From assembly GCA_963737905.1 (NCBI GenBank), contig CAVTUQ010000019.1, positions 136,837 to 200,836 of the forward strand: a stretch of DNA of 64,000 nucleotides. Direction: 5' to 3'. Positions 44,644 to 56,361 of this stretch are shown piece after piece. The stretch is from an uncultured delta proteobacterium. GTDB taxonomy: Bacteria > Desulfobacterota > Binatia > UBA9968. Numbering within the stretch: the stretch's first letter is position 1; every line of letters begins with the position of its first letter. The notes below the pieces were generated by a model. It saw only the letters and a list, made by a program, of their open reading frames with translations, was not told where the DNA came from and did not search any database. The position numbers were made by a program, and so were the translations under genes.

Positions 44644-46014
44644 GTGAACGGACTGCTTCAACAATTAAGGTTCCATTCCTTCCTTCGTCTCGTTTTTCTG
44701 CTCCGGCTCGCATTATTTTTGGGTGTGGGGATTTCCGCAGCGGCGCACGGACAGACAAATCCTCCATCTTCGATGCGTTGTCCATCTCCCGCCGACCCAC
44801 GGCAATTGTATTTCGAATGCAGGGGCCGGCCGTTTGATTTCATCGAAGAAACGCTGACCAAAGACTGGGCGGGACTTCGAACCGAATTGAACCGGCTTGG
44901 GATCATGCCAACCGCCTCATATACGGCCCAGGTCATGGGAAACCCCGGTGGCGGACAGTCGCGCGGATTCACCTACAGCGGGACATTGCAGGCCTCGATC
45001 AATTGGGACCTCCACAGGCTCCTCGGCATTCCCGGACTTTCGCTCAACATTGGAGGCGCCTGGTCCACGGGCAAAGACCTTTCCGCCGATTATATCGGGA
45101 ATATCTTTACGGTTCAGAGCGCGTACACCGCTCCGGATAGCGGCACGAATAATCTCACCTTAGGCGAGCTCTATTTACAGCAGCGGTTGTTTAACGATTC
45201 ACTCGTGATCGCGGCTGGACGCCTGGCGCCTGGGACCACCTTTGTTCTCATGCCGGTGCTCAATAATTATGTTAACGCGGCCATCAATCCTGGCTTGTTC
45301 GCTCTCGGCATCAACGACGCGTCGTTTACGTTCTATGCCCCTGGCGTGGAATGGGGCGCTCAAGCGATCTACAACATTACCCCAGCGCTGCAGTTGGCGG
45401 CAGGAGCGTTCAACACCAACCAGAGTTCCGCTCTGGGTGGTAAGGGTGGGGTTAACTTCGCGTTCCAGCAAGGCAACCGGGGCGCGCTATCGGTGGTGCA
45501 GTTGAATTACCTCCTAAACGACGCGCCGGGGGATACGGGTTTGCCGGGGCAGTATAGTTTCGGCGGCTTCTACGATAGCAACAGATTTACCAGTCTCAGC
45601 AACCCTAACGTCGCCAAGAGCGGCACCTACAGCATCTACGGCATGTTTCAGCAGATGGTTTACCGCGATGGAGGGACCGGCAGCCAGAAAGGCCTAACGG
45701 TTTGGGCGGAAACCGCCCTCGCGCCTAAATCAAGAGTCAACACCATGCCCTATTTCATGGGTGGTGGTGTCAGCTATCGGGGCCCGCTTCCCGGGCGCGA
45801 GAACGATATTGCCGCGGCAGGAGTGATTTACGGGACCTTCAGCCGTTACATTCCCCGCACAACGGCCGAGACGTTGATTGAAATGAATTACCAGGTCACC
45901 TTCAATCGCTGGCTCTCGATAACGCCCGATGTGCAGTATGTAATCCGGCCGAGCGGCACCAGTGCAATCAAAAACGCATTTGTATTGGGCACGCAAATGG
46001 CGATTGTTTTTTAG
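44644..46014 (+). CDS. carbohydrate-selective porin, OprB family
   Basis: Signal peptide ending AAAHGQ. LTKDWAGLRTELNRLGI..YTAQVMGNPGGG is typical of OprB. C-terminal F. Confidence 0.75.
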   Translation: MNGLLQQLRFHSFLRLVFLLRLALFLGVGISAAAHGQTNPPSSMRCPSPADPRQLYFECRGRPFDFIEETLTKDWAGLRTELNRLGIMPTASYTAQVMGNPGGGQSRGFTYSGTLQASINWDLHRLLGIPGLSLNIGGAWSTGKDLSADYIGNIFTVQSAYTAPDSGTNNLTLGELYLQQRLFNDSLVIAAGRLAPGTTFVLMPVLNNYVNAAINPGLFALGINDASFTFYAPGVEWGAQAIYNITPALQLAAGAFNTNQSSALGGKGGVNFAFQQGNRGALSVVQLNYLLNDAPGDTGLPGQYSFGGFYDSNRFTSLSNPNVAKSGTYSIYGMFQQMVYRDGGTGSQKGLTVWAETALAPKSRVNTMPYFMGGGVSYRGPLPGRENDIAAAGVIYGTFSRYIPRTTAETLIEMNYQVTFNRWLSITPDVQYVIRPSGTSAIKNAFVLGTQMAIVF

Positions 46015-46339
46015 AAAATCAAAATGTCTCCCGCAAAGGCGCAAAGCATATCCTGAGTGAAATCGAAGGGAGCGCCAAGGGTGATAAGAGGTTTCTTTTG
46101 GGGGCTTGGCGCGACAATCTGGGTTTCAGATCTTGCTTCGTGTCCCGGCAGCAAGATCTGCCCGCAAATCGAGATCAGGTTGACATGAAAGCTCGATAAC
46201 GGATAGGCTCCGAAAAAAATCGAGTACGGGACCAGATCGCTTTCTCCTGATAGCTGCTGGAGCTTTTCGAACCATGCGTACATCGGATCATCGCAGCAAT
46301 GGGTTGTTGGTGACTGACACTTCAAAAGGAGCTTACATA

Positions 46340-46894
46340 ATGAGAATGAAACATGTGCTTCGCCTGATACTGGTCGTTGCCCTCGCTGGCTGCGCTCCCT
46401 ATGCGCTTGCGGTCAGGGAAACCTATGACGTCGCCACCGACCCCCGCTCGGTGCTGACCCAGGCCACGGACACGCAGGCAGAAGTGCAGATCAAGGCTGC
46501 CCTCCTGGCCTCGCCGGTGAAGGGCACCAGCGGGATCGACGTATACTGCCGCCAGGGAGTCGTGGTGCTCGTAGGCGTCGTGCCACCGGGCTCACAAGCG
46601 GGTCAGGCGGCGGTGGCGATCGCGCGCCAGACGCCGGGCGTGAGACGGGTCGAGACGTATTTCGTGCCCTCTCGGCCCTCCTGGGAGAGCGACATCGCCA
46701 TTAAGGAACAAATCAGAGCGTCTCTCATTGCGGACCCTGCCCTGATATCCGGCCGGGTCGACATCGCCGTCTACGCGGGTCACGTCGTGCTCGTCGGAGT
46801 CGTCGACTCCCGTGCAAATGTCCAGAGGTTTATTTCAGACGCAAGCTCGGTTTCTGGTGTCGTGTCCGTGACGTCATACATCCAGACGGTCTAG
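46340..46894 (+). CDS. BON-domain lipoprotein (OsmY-like, two BON domains)
   Basis: Start moved to MRMKHVLRLILVVALAGC (lipobox, AAGGAG RBS). Two repeats of I.V....G.V.L.G.V. Confidence 0.75.
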   Translation: MRMKHVLRLILVVALAGCAPYALAVRETYDVATDPRSVLTQATDTQAEVQIKAALLASPVKGTSGIDVYCRQGVVVLVGVVPPGSQAGQAAVAIARQTPGVRRVETYFVPSRPSWESDIAIKEQIRASLIADPALISGRVDIAVYAGHVVLVGVVDSRANVQRFISDASSVSGVVSVTSYIQTV

Positions 46895-47072
46895 GTGATT
46901 GTGTCCATTTTTACGGTTTCCGATTTCGACAATCGGAGTTTCGGACTTCGTCTTCCTCTTCCCTCGTATTGGACTAAAGTCCAATAGACAGGGTTTCAAT
47001 TGTTTACTAGAAAGAACTCTAACGATTCCTCAATCGTGACGAGAAAATAAGCGAAGGGAGTTCAGAAATATT

Positions 47073-47855
47073 ATGGTTATGATTTCGAATATCGTTTTAA
47101 GAAAAGAGTTTGTGGCCCTGGTTGTAGCTTTGCCGGTGCTACTCCTCCAAGGATGTCTTGCCACGCAGGATTGGGTGAGGGAACAACTAACACCGACTGA
47201 AAGTCGGGTCGGTACACTGGAAGGGCAGTTGAAACAGATGTCAACTCAGCTATCCGCCACCGAGAATCGGCTCACCAGCGCGGAGGGTCGCATCAGTCAG
47301 GTGGATGCCAAAGTCGATGAGGTCAGCATGAAGGCCGACAAGGCTTTAAATAGCGTGGCTAATCTTCGTTTGGAGCGGAAGCTCTTGCTGGATCTCAAAG
47401 ATGGCGCGTTTTATCCCTCGAACTCAACGGTGCTAACGGCGGCGGGAAAGCACAACATCGACGTATTTCTGAGCGATATCAAGACTGACTTTGCTGAGAA
47501 TAGTAATGTCGTGCTTGTGGTTGCCGGTTATACCGACAACACCGGAACTGCGGAATATAATTACGAGTTGGGGCTTTTGCGAGCCAGGGGGATCATGAAG
47601 TATCTGACCCTTGAGAAAAATGTCAATCCGGCGCGGGTAAGCTCGGTATCTTATGGCGCCACTGCGCCGGTGGGGGACAATAGCACCGCCAAAGGGCGTG
47701 AACAGAACCGGCGCGTGGAGATTCGCGTCTACACCGAATCGATCACCACCGCTTCTGCCACAACCGCGGCACAACCTGCCGCAGCTCCTACCGCTGCACA
47801 AGCTCCAAGAGCTGTGACAGTTCCAAAAACTGCAGCAGCTCCAAAAGCTCCATAG
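47073..47855 (+). CDS. lipoprotein with Lpp-like coiled coil fused to OmpA_C peptidoglycan-binding domain
   Basis: Lipobox LLLQGC. Heptad segment ESRVGTLEGQLKQMSTQLSATENRLTSAEGRISQVDAKVDEV. OmpA_C motifs GYTDNTGTAEYNYELGLLRA...NRRVEIRV. Ala/Pro-rich tail. Confidence 0.8.
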   Translation: MVMISNIVLRKEFVALVVALPVLLLQGCLATQDWVREQLTPTESRVGTLEGQLKQMSTQLSATENRLTSAEGRISQVDAKVDEVSMKADKALNSVANLRLERKLLLDLKDGAFYPSNSTVLTAAGKHNIDVFLSDIKTDFAENSNVVLVVAGYTDNTGTAEYNYELGLLRARGIMKYLTLEKNVNPARVSSVSYGATAPVGDNSTAKGREQNRRVEIRVYTESITTASATTAAQPAAAPTAAQAPRAVTVPKTAAAPKAP

Positions 47856-48041
47856 CGCTGAGCTGCCAGAGTCTTCCCGGTTTGATGAGGTTACAATGAG
47901 AGGCTGAAAGTATTCGAAGCTCGAAATCCCAACTGCGAAAGTGTTTGGAAGGAGCAAACGGGCTTAACCGAGAGCTTTCCTAAAATTTCTGTTTCCTCTG
48001 CTGCCTGCTGTGAAGAAGCGGCGAATTTCCCCCCTCGCATC

Positions 48042-48680
48042 TCAACATTTTTCGCCGCAGGCTTGCGAGCTATTGCGACCGGAAACCGCTTTTTCCTTCA
48101 TGTTGCGGAGGAGCTCTTCGTAGGATGACTTGCTGATCACCCGGTTGAATTGGGAACGGTAGTTGTTCACGACGCTGATGTTCTCGATGACGACGTCGTA
48201 GACTTTCCAATCTTTACCTACAAGACGGAGCCGGTAGTTGATCGAGTAGCTGTCTTCGCCTCTGGTCGTTAGCGTGGTTTGCACTTCGGCGCTGTCTTGT
48301 TCTAGGAGCTCGCGGTTATAGGCGACCTTATCACCGCTATAGGATTCGATGGTCCCAATGTAATTGTCCTGCAACAAGTCGGTAAAGATATTAATAAACT
48401 CCTGCTGTTCTGCGGTGGTCCGACGGCGCCACTCGGGACCCAGGGAGCGCCGTGCCATCTCGGCAAAATCAAAGCGCGCAAAGATGACTCGCCGTAGTTG
48501 GTCGCGGCGTTCTTTCTGTTTGCCCTCCGTCTTGAGGGACGAGTCCTGCAAAATGGCGATAACCTGATCGACCGTGCTGCGAACCTGTTCCGTTGGAACG
48601 CCGGCGTTAGCGGCGGTCGCGCGAAAAATCGCCGCAAGACCAATAATTATTAAACCCCTCTTGATCACATACTGAACCAA
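48042..48680 (-). CDS. mlaC: MlaC/Ttg2D-family phospholipid-binding periplasmic protein
   Basis: Signal peptide. FDFAEMARRSLGPEWRRRTTAEQQEFINIFTDLLQDNY is characteristic of the MlaC/HpnM family. Confidence 0.75.
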   Translation of the reverse strand: MVQYVIKRGLIIIGLAAIFRATAANAGVPTEQVRSTVDQVIAILQDSSLKTEGKQKERRDQLRRVIFARFDFAEMARRSLGPEWRRRTTAEQQEFINIFTDLLQDNYIGTIESYSGDKVAYNRELLEQDSAEVQTTLTTRGEDSYSINYRLRLVGKDWKVYDVVIENISVVNNYRSQFNRVISKSSYEELLRNMKEKAVSGRNSSQACGEKC

Positions 48681-49000
48681 TGCTCTTCTCCCCTTACCGC
48701 GAGTTTCGTTGTGACGAATCGTAGCACACGAGTCAGAGTTCCGCCATCATTCCGCCACCTCTGAGATTAAAAAAATTTAACCCAATGTCTCGAACATTCT
48801 TCGTGTCTGCAGGAAGAGTCGGTAACCCAACTACGGTTAACGGTTTAGTCCGAATGTCTGATGAACAGCCGGGCAAGCTCAGAGATCTCGCCCGGTACAT
48901 GATTGAATCTCACCCGGATCGATCTTGGCGCGATCGGACCGGTTTCCGGCACTGCCGTCCTCGGTGAAGTTGCGGGCGGCCTCGTTATGCCGCTTGGCAA

Positions 49001-49423
49001 TTAAACTTTAGGAGCCAGACCAGCGGCTTTGATTCCTTCAATGGCGCAAACCTCATCCTCATCGGCAGTGCCGCCGCTGACTCCCACCGCACCGATAATT
49101 TCGTTTCCATCCATGATTAACACGCCGCCCGCAACCGGAACCACTTTACCGCCGGACATGTCCGACAAGGATCCCAAAAAAGCCGGCCGCTCTTTCAAAC
49201 GCTCGCTCAATTGCCGGCTGGATTCGCCCATCCCAACGGCTCCCCAGGCTTTGCCGATGGCGATGTTTGGTCGCAAAATGCTGGCGCCGTCTTCGCGCTT
49301 CAACGCCTTCACGTGCCCGCCGTCATCCAACACAGCGACGCACATCGGCCTGAACTTGGCTGCTCGCGCCTTGGCGAGGGCTTTATCGATAATCAACGAT
49401 GCGCTTTCAAGTGTCAGCTTCAT
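49001..49423 (-). CDS. glcG: GlcG/HbpS-like heme-binding protein (DUF336)
   Basis: 140 aa with AVLDDGGHVKAL.R.DGA, GKAWGAVGMG and GAVGVSGGTADEDEVCA. Confidence 0.8.
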   Translation of the reverse strand: MKLTLESASLIIDKALAKARAAKFRPMCVAVLDDGGHVKALKREDGASILRPNIAIGKAWGAVGMGESSRQLSERLKERPAFLGSLSDMSGGKVVPVAGGVLIMDGNEIIGAVGVSGGTADEDEVCAIEGIKAAGLAPKV

Positions 49424-49744
49424 TTTCTATTCCTCCGATGTTTTTTTACTTGAGTCGAAACTTTGAACCTGGAAATCGCCGACGTTAAGCGACTGGGTCA
49501 TGGATGTCGTGCTTTTCAAAGGCGCATTTCTTTTCCTCGGCTCATCGTATCGCAGGACCTCGGCCTGTCTGTCAAGCGCGACATGGATTTACCCTGAGGA
49601 GTTTGGCGACAATGGCTATCAGTTCTTCCCGTCTCCGCAATCGGCAGCTACAAAAAGCGGCTGAAGCGCGAGTCATTAATTGTAGTACTGTCTCGCCGGT
49701 CCGTTCCTGAACCGTGCGAAAGTGTTGCGCGTGAAGTTATTGGA

Positions 49745-50980
49745 CTACCTCTCCAAGGTTTCGTGACCCACGGCTGCGAGAAGAAGGGCGGATAACACAA
49801 GGAGCGGCGCGTAGGCAAGAAACGGCACACCCGGGCCGAAACTATCGGCGAGAAAGCCGCCGAGCAGCGGCGCGCTGACACCTCCCATTTCAGCCATCGT
49901 GCGCCGTGCGGCTTGCAGCCGCCCACGGGCGCTTGGCGGCACAACATCATAGGTCGACGTGGCCAACGATCCCAGCGAAAGGCCGTTGGCAATGCCGAGA
50001 AAAGCAAGCAGCACGGCCAACTGGAGGAAAGTCCCAGAAAAAGGAATGAGCAGAAAAGCCAGAGCAGGAATTCCGGTACTGGGAACGGTTGCCCATTTTC
50101 TTCCAACCTTGTCGATGACAAAGCCGGCGGGCAGGATCATGGCGAAAACAGTGAAGCCGAAAATCGAAAACAAGAAGCCCACTTCTTTAGGCGTCAGGTT
50201 GAGCTGCGAACTGGCATAGAGCGGTACGATGCTCTGGGTTGTGACCCGGTGAACGAAACTGGTGAACGTGGCAAACACCAACACGACATAGGTTGCCCGC
50301 AGTTCCGGTTGAATCTGATGAAAAAGATCTCTCAGGCTGCGCAGCCGGTCGAGTACCGCCGAAAGCCCCCAGCCCTTTATGGAGTCCAGTGTAGAATGAG
50401 TTTCATAAGAGGATCGCGAGTTTTGAACCGAAAGTCCAATGAGCACGGATAGCGCCGCGCATACCGCGTAGGCAACGAATATCGCTCTGAAGCCCAGGTT
50501 TTCAGTGAGCACGCCTCCCAACAAGGGACCCAAAGCGAAACCCAAGTAATTAACGCCATGAAAACCGCTGAGAACTCTGCCGCGCTGGTCCGGCCGGGCG
50601 AGATCGATGCCGGCTACCTCGCGGGCGATAACCCAGACACTCTCTGCGACGCCGATCAAGAAGACCAACACCAGGATCAAGCCGAACCAGGGCATGCCGG
50701 CGGCCAATAGCCCCGCAATGCAACCTAATGCCGGCCCCGCTATCAGCGCGGAGCGCGTGCCCAGGCGATCGAGGACCATGCCGCTCACGGGCAAGCCGGC
50801 AAATCGACCGAACGCCAATGCCGTAATGATTTGCGCTGCGGTGCCGGCGGAAATGCCGAACGATTTTGCCACGACCGGAAGGGCGGGAACAATCATCGAC
50901 CACATTCCTGCCAGCAGTGTGCTGGTGTAGAGCGTGACGAGCCCACGGACCGTGGGACTGGACTTTAGTGAAAAGATCAT
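49745..50980 (-). CDS. MFS transporter
   Basis: 411 aa, about 12 TM helices, MFS loop motif GMVLDRLGTR. Confidence 0.75.
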   Translation of the reverse strand: MIFSLKSSPTVRGLVTLYTSTLLAGMWSMIVPALPVVAKSFGISAGTAAQIITALAFGRFAGLPVSGMVLDRLGTRSALIAGPALGCIAGLLAAGMPWFGLILVLVFLIGVAESVWVIAREVAGIDLARPDQRGRVLSGFHGVNYLGFALGPLLGGVLTENLGFRAIFVAYAVCAALSVLIGLSVQNSRSSYETHSTLDSIKGWGLSAVLDRLRSLRDLFHQIQPELRATYVVLVFATFTSFVHRVTTQSIVPLYASSQLNLTPKEVGFLFSIFGFTVFAMILPAGFVIDKVGRKWATVPSTGIPALAFLLIPFSGTFLQLAVLLAFLGIANGLSLGSLATSTYDVVPPSARGRLQAARRTMAEMGGVSAPLLGGFLADSFGPGVPFLAYAPLLVLSALLLAAVGHETLER

Positions 50981-51072
50981 GCGTGGTTGTGTGTTTGAGA
51001 GCGGTCGCGCGTGGTCGGCTCTATATTCGAGGGCGGCTAGGGTAATATTTCCCTGAATGCAATCGTGTTGTT

Positions 51073-52464
<1,392 letters not shown>

Positions 52465-52604
52465 GATTTGAAGTATCGAATAAAGCGTGAAGATGTCAAC
52501 TCTTGTGGCCGACCGAGTCATGTAGATAAAATGCCTCCAGAAGTCAGGTCCAGGGTCCGCGATTACTGGCAATCCGAAAAGAACGGCATGCACACATCGT
52601 TAAA

Positions 52605-52928
52605 ATGACGATTCGGGTTGGAAATTTATTTGCGAATTTGCCGGAGCTTTCCAGGTCGGAGCAGTTGCTGAGCCTGTTTGAAAACCCCCTCGTCGAGATC
52701 CAGCGCATCATTTCGCAATCTCATAGCAGCCCGCCCGGCTTTTGGTATGATCAAAACGAAGACGAGTGGGTCATGGTGGTACGCGGGGAAGCGACTCTGG
52801 AATTTGAAGGCGGAGAGCTCGTGCCCATGGCAGAGGGAGATTATGTGACGATTCCGCGCCATGTAAAGCATCGAATTCAGCAGACTGGTCCTAAAACGAT
52901 CTGGCTTGCTGTACATGTTCGCGGCTAG
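52605..52928 (+). CDS. cupin-domain protein
   Basis: 107 aa. WYDQNEDEWVMVVRGEATLEF..GDYVTIPRHVKHR is a cupin_2 pattern. Confidence 0.65.
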   Translation: MTIRVGNLFANLPELSRSEQLLSLFENPLVEIQRIISQSHSSPPGFWYDQNEDEWVMVVRGEATLEFEGGELVPMAEGDYVTIPRHVKHRIQQTGPKTIWLAVHVRG

Positions 52929-52951
52929 AGAAAGGCTGGAGGAACCTGTGG

Positions 52952-53428
52952 ATGACGCGCATTTACAATAGCATCCAAATCCGGCGATCCATCGAGCAGG
53001 TTTTCGATTTCATCACGACGCCGGCAAGCTGGCCGCAGTGGCATCCGGCTTCGGTGAGTGTTGGCGGCAACGCTGACCATTCTTTGCTGCCGGGCGAAGA
53101 GGTTATGGAAAACATTTCCGTGGCGGGTCGTGGTGGGAAGGTCACCTGGTTGGTGCGGGAACGGAGCGCACCTCATCGCTGGATCATCGACGGCACCGGG
53201 AAAGACGGCGGCCGCGCAACGATTACCTATACCTTGACTGAACAGTCGGGTGGGACAAACTTCGAGCGAGAGCTCGTCTACACGATGCCGAACCCGCTGC
53301 TGGCGGTCTTGGATTGGTTGATTATCCGTTCGCGCATGAAGGCGGACTCCATGGAAGCATTAAAACGTTTGAAGCGTCGACTTGAATCCAGCGTCGTGAA
53401 TCCAGTCTTTGTACGGCTCGAACCGTGA
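52952..53428 (+). CDS. SRPBCC-superfamily (polyketide cyclase/dehydrase-like) protein
   Basis: N-terminus IQIRRSIEQVFDFITTPASWPQWHP is typical of the SRPBCC/START fold. Confidence 0.65.
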   Translation: MTRIYNSIQIRRSIEQVFDFITTPASWPQWHPASVSVGGNADHSLLPGEEVMENISVAGRGGKVTWLVRERSAPHRWIIDGTGKDGGRATITYTLTEQSGGTNFERELVYTMPNPLLAVLDWLIIRSRMKADSMEALKRLKRRLESSVVNPVFVRLEP

Positions 53429-53454
53429 CCTGTGATTTGATACCAACGGTCATT

Positions 53455-53985
53455 TCACTTTCTTCTTTTTATATACTCCTTAACTTGAAACTCGTAGAGC
53501 GCGGAAATCGGGTATTCTTCCAAATTACGAACAGCCTCCTTTGTCTCGGACAAAATGACGACTTCTTGACCACGATTGGAAGCAAAGAGAAGTTTGATAC
53601 CGGGCTTGCGGTCTAAAAACTCCCCAACGGCGCGAAGGGTATTGGAGAGACTATATGGATCAGGCATCGCATTGGGATCATCGCTCGGCTCCTTGCGTTC
53701 TTCATCCTGGCGGTCTAACTCTTCCAGGGAATATAAGAACTCCACATTCATTGAAATGCCCTCGTTCGGCTTCTCGGCAACGCTCGGATTTTCTGGCTCC
53801 CTCCATAGCCGCAGAAACGCTGCGAATCCTCTAACCTTTTTTTCTTCCTCTTTCTTGCTCTGGCTGTCTTCCTTGACTCGGCACCGGACGAGGTAACAGT
53901 TGCCGTAACACACCACTTCGTATGTTTCAGGCCGTAACGGCTCTAGCTTCTGCCCAACAACCCTAAGGATTCTTGAATAACTCAT
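53455..53985 (-). CDS. hypothetical protein, no recognised family
   Basis: Clean 176-aa ORF with an acidic/Lys-rich centre and weak internal similarity between the N- and C-terminal thirds (LRVVGQKLE / LRAVGEFLD). Confidence 0.5.
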   Translation of the reverse strand: MSYSRILRVVGQKLEPLRPETYEVVCYGNCYLVRCRVKEDSQSKKEEEKKVRGFAAFLRLWREPENPSVAEKPNEGISMNVEFLYSLEELDRQDEERKEPSDDPNAMPDPYSLSNTLRAVGEFLDRKPGIKLLFASNRGQEVVILSETKEAVRNLEEYPISALYEFQVKEYIKRRK

Positions 53986-54414
53986 TGCCTCTGATCAGAT
54001 AGCTCGTTTACAATGAAGATGCGATTTTCCCTAGACCCGCGTCCGTGCCACCTCTTCTTTGATTCCGGTTTTTTCAAGAGACTGGCCGCTTCCCGGCCAA
54101 TAGCGTTATTGTCCCCCCATGGGGTTAGAGCTGTCAACCCGAGATTCGGGTATCGAGATTCCAGTCGGCACAAATCAGTTGAGGAAGGTGATCTAAGGGC
54201 TTTCTTGTTGCGCATCCGTGTGGGAAAATCTAATTATCAAGGAAAACAAGCCTAAACATCTGCACCGCCGGGCGACCTTAGCAATTCGAGCCACCTCGAA
54301 CACAGCGGTGTCCAGACCGGCCCGGCGACGATAGGCAATCGCGTTCCTCGTTTCGAGCAATGTAAAGCTCGCGTAAAGTTCTCAATTCGAGTCGATCAGA
54401 AAAGAGGATCCATC

Positions 54415-55314
54415 ATGCCTTTTTCAGAAATTGTCAAGGCAATCCAATACGGAATGCATTTCAGGCTTTTTGAGATCAACAGAACCGCGATCACGTTGTC
54501 TTCGCTCATCATGTTTTTCGCGGTGATCTTTGTATTTGCTTTGATCTCGAAATTGTTGCGCCGGATCGCGGCATCACGGATATTTGCCCATCTGATTGTT
54601 GATGAAGCTACGCAGTACACGCTAAACCGCATTAGCCACTATGTCATCATGATCATCGGCGCTCTCGTTGCCTTTCAGTTCATCGGCATCGACTTGACCG
54701 GGCTCGCGGTGATTCTGGGCTTTCTCTCCGTCGGCATCGGTTTCGGTCTGCAAAATATCACATCCAATTTCGTGGCCGGCTTGATTCTGCTTTTCGAACG
54801 ACCCATCAAGGTAGGAGACCGCGTCACCGTCGGCGATCAAGAGGGTGATGTGATAGAAATCAAGATGCGGTCGACGACCATCCGAACCTTGAATAACATC
54901 GCGGTCATTGTTCCAAACTCCAATTTCATTTCGTCTACGGTTGTTAATTGGTCCTATGGCGACCGCCGGGTCCGGCTCGAAATCGAAGTCGGAGTATCTT
55001 ACGGTTCCGACCTGGAGAAGGTTCTGCGGGTCTTGAAGGAGGTTGGCGATGAGCACCCCGAGGTTCTTAAGAATCCACTATCCGAAGTCCTTCACGCCGG
55101 ATTCGGGAATTCTGCGTGGAATATGAAACTGCGCGCTTGGATTGCTGAACCGCAACGACATCCGCAAATCAGCTCGGAACTCCACTGTGCGATTGTAAGA
55201 AAGTTTCGCGAGAACGGCATTGAAATCCCCTTTCCACAGAGAGACTTGAACTTGCGTTCCCCTTTGCCTGTACCCTTTATGTCAACTATGTCAACGGCTT
55301 CGGCCGAGTCATGA
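54415..55314 (+). CDS. mscS: small-conductance mechanosensitive channel (MscS family)
   Basis: TM3-like GFGLQNITSNFVAGLILLFERPIKVGDRV followed by the beta-domain, 299 aa. Confidence 0.85.
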   Translation: MPFSEIVKAIQYGMHFRLFEINRTAITLSSLIMFFAVIFVFALISKLLRRIAASRIFAHLIVDEATQYTLNRISHYVIMIIGALVAFQFIGIDLTGLAVILGFLSVGIGFGLQNITSNFVAGLILLFERPIKVGDRVTVGDQEGDVIEIKMRSTTIRTLNNIAVIVPNSNFISSTVVNWSYGDRRVRLEIEVGVSYGSDLEKVLRVLKEVGDEHPEVLKNPLSEVLHAGFGNSAWNMKLRAWIAEPQRHPQISSELHCAIVRKFRENGIEIPFPQRDLNLRSPLPVPFMSTMSTASAES

Positions 55315-55461
55315 GCGCTCAACCGTCTCTGATCTGCGAGAAAGAGGACTGAAAAAAGCACCAACTATATAGTATAGTAATTGCGAGTCTTTATCGGCGG
55401 CAAAGATTATTATGAATAGAACCAGTCCGCGTTTAAAGCGAATGAGCGAGGGAGGCTCACG

Positions 55462-56025
55462 ATGACGAGACGTGCCCTGTTGCAGAGTGTGTTTGCATCC
55501 GCGATTTGGACCTTATTCAAGGATCTCGCTTTTGCGGCCCAGCCGCCATCAATGAAGGACATCGAGAATTTGCAGAAAAACTGGAAGGCGCTATTGGCTG
55601 ACGGGACCAAGTTGCCGTCGCCTTCCGATCCGCTCAAGCTGTCGAAAGAAGAATGGCGCAAGCGTCTGAACCCAACGCAATTCAATATCCTGCGCGAGGA
55701 AGGTACCGAGCCCCCCGGCACGAGCCCTCTGAACAACGAAAAGCGGCCCGGCGTATTCGTTTGCGTCGGCTGCAACCTGGCCCTTTTTACCTCCGATATG
55801 AAATACGAGAGCGGCACCGGCTGGCCGAGCTTCTTCACCACGATTCCGGGCGCCTTCGCCAACAAAACGGATTACAAACTGATTCTGCCGCGGAGCGAAT
55901 ACCACTGCATCCGTTGCGGCGGCCACCACGGCCATGTCTTCGACGACGGCCCGCCGCCGACGGGGAAGCGCTGGTGCAACAACGGCGTGGCTTTAAAATT
56001 TATCCCCAAAAGCGGCAGCGCATAA
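55462..56025 (+). CDS. msrB: peptide-methionine (R)-S-oxide reductase MsrB with twin-arginine signal peptide
   Basis: MTRRALLQSVFASAIWTLFKDLAFA (Tat-like). SelR domain with CVGC / CIRC zinc sites, GHVFDDGP and catalytic RWCNNG. Confidence 0.85.
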   Translation: MTRRALLQSVFASAIWTLFKDLAFAAQPPSMKDIENLQKNWKALLADGTKLPSPSDPLKLSKEEWRKRLNPTQFNILREEGTEPPGTSPLNNEKRPGVFVCVGCNLALFTSDMKYESGTGWPSFFTTIPGAFANKTDYKLILPRSEYHCIRCGGHHGHVFDDGPPPTGKRWCNNGVALKFIPKSGSA

Positions 56026-56074
56026 CCAGTAAGGATTGAGACGACTTCCGAGTCGTTTCAATCCGATGTTCAAG
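56020..56074 (+). repeat. attC-like site 0 (weakest): GCATAAC ... GTTCAAG
   Basis: Overlaps the msrB TAA stop. 14-bp stem GGATTGAGACGACT / AGTCGTTTCAATCC with one G:T (56033-64). Shares AACCA and TTGAGACG with sites 1 and 2. Confidence 0.4.
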
Positions 56075-56361
56075 AAGCCCGTGGTTGAGGCAGGCGGGAT
56101 CAATATAAGGGAAATGGTTGTGGTGGGCGGTTTGCGCCGAAGGAAGAGAAGGTTAAATTACACGGTGGACTTCGGCTCGCGGTAGAAATGGGCGCGGTAG
56201 AGTTTGCTCGGGTTTAGTTTTTTCTCCTTGAATTCCCACAACAAGAGAGACTCGGAACGATACCATCGGTAACGTGAGCGCACTTCGGCGCCTGCGCTCT
56301 GATTTCAAAGCAATACAGCAGAGACAAACCGCGAGACGATTATCAGGTTGAGCGAACTTTT

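Noticed and set aside
46011-46325. 104-aa minus-strand ORF between the porin and BON genes.
   Set aside because: It has no recognisable family. It overlaps the porin stop, and its 5' end runs into the BON upstream region. It could be real, but I cannot support it.
55317-55461. A possible sixth attC-like site after mscS (GCTCAAC inverse core at 55317-55323).
   Set aside because: No matching GTTRRRY core or complementary right arm is found before msrB. Only a short local hairpin is present.
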